Of a DNA stretch of 64,000 nucleotides, positions 63,531-64,000 are shown piece by piece. A program made the translations under genes and the position numbers. Numbering within the stretch: position 1 is the first letter of the stretch; every line of letters starts with the position of its first letter. This stretch comes from Candidatus Enterousia sp. (GTDB lineage Bacteria > Pseudomonadota > Alphaproteobacteria > Rs-D84). Location: positions 79,683 to 143,682 of the forward strand of contig JAZQCF010000001.1 in the NCBI GenBank assembly GCA_045546075.1, given 5' to 3'. The notes beneath the pieces are model-generated. The model made no database searches. It was not told the DNA's origin and saw nothing but the letters and a program-made list of their open reading frames with translations.

Positions 63531-64000
63531 ATGCGTAAAACCACTCTATTCATCTTGTGTGCGTTGGCATTGGTGGCGTGCGATAAACACGACCCTATTT
63601 TGCCGGGTGTGCGGGATGATATATTCAGTACAAAAACATTGAATATTTTGAATACGCCTGTGCCGAATGCACCGGAAAATATCGTACAAACTGAATCTGT
63701 CGATTGTCCATATACGCAAAATGCCGACAATACAGTTTGGGACGGTACGCGAAAAATATTTTCCGGATTCGCAACGGGCAATTCTGTGGCGGGTACGCGC
63801 AATCCTGTGTGTAATGGAAAATATGTGTATGCGGGGCTGTCAACCGGGGAATTGGTTAAAATAAATCCGCGTACACGTGAAATGGTTTGGGTTGCAGATA
63901 TATATCGTCGCAGCAATATGACCGGTGGCGCATCGGTTTTGGATATTATTGCGCCAATTCAAATTCACGGAAAATACGTTTATGCAGGCGGTTTGGGCGA
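63531..64000 (+). CDS. bamB: Outer membrane protein assembly factor BamB (partial, cut by the window end)
   Basis: Hand translation gives MRKTTLFILCALALVACDK (lipobox LVAC), followed by beta-propeller-like GKYVYAG..GELV..N repeats. The frame stays open to 64000. Confidence 0.6.
   Translation, partial: MRKTTLFILCALALVACDKHDPILPGVRDDIFSTKTLNILNTPVPNAPENIVQTESVDCPYTQNADNTVWDGTRKIFSGFATGNSVAGTRNPVCNGKYVYAGLSTGELVKINPRTREMVWVADIYRRSNMTGGASVLDIIAPIQIHGKYVYAGGLG

Overview
This 64-kb window comes from an AT-rich (by eye, not computed), tightly packed Gram-negative chromosome and is mostly housekeeping. Recognisable genes: gyrB; lipid A genes lpxC, lpxK, a DUF374-type gene, lpxD and fabZ; ychF; rpmJ; topA-dnaG; mreC-mreD-mrdA-rodA with no adjacent mreB; rpmI-rplT-pheS-pheT; a long ThyX-like gene; ileS-nth; metG-queH; fabD and fabG; mnmG; der; skp; dnaX; rsmE; an RsuA/RluB-type pseudouridine synthase; rpoH; and a yfgM-like gene followed by bamB, which is cut by the window end. 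There are three tRNAs: fMet-CAT, Thr-CGT and Val-GAC. The type-2 IleRS, RpoH, alphaproteobacterial-style L36, scattered VirB/VirD4 genes and a BspA-like LRR protein suggest a host-associated alphaproteobacterium; this is inference only. The main unusual content is as follows. (1) My best candidate for an undescribed system is two copies of a small unit: a short HTH gene plus a conserved, structured ~150-230 nt non-coding region, framed by a dispersed GTGGTTAGTG/CACTAACCAC palindromic element family (4328-4892 and 53092-53655; one solo element at 20437-20516). (2) Nine perfect TGTTGAAA/TTTCAACA 8-mers lie in 185 bp over the predicted virB3-virB4 promoter. (3) A textbook-style attenuator sits in front of ileS: mini-ORF MNKKTIIIII, then alternative GC helices, then a terminator. 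(4) A four-gene type IVb-pilus-like assembly core (4892-9560) has its only recognisable pilin 40 kb away, behind dnaX. (5) The T4SS genes are fragmented: virB3-virB4 plus a secreted HExxH protein at one locus, and virD4 plus two lipoproteins at another. (6) tRNA-linked repeats include three extra copies of the tRNA-fMet 3' end, a 27-mer shared by two tRNA loci, a degenerate tRNA-Val copy and 76-bp tandem repeats. (7) Several orphan ORFs are present, including one with a RusA-like catalytic motif. All functional calls rest on by-eye motif recognition; no searches or computations were run.
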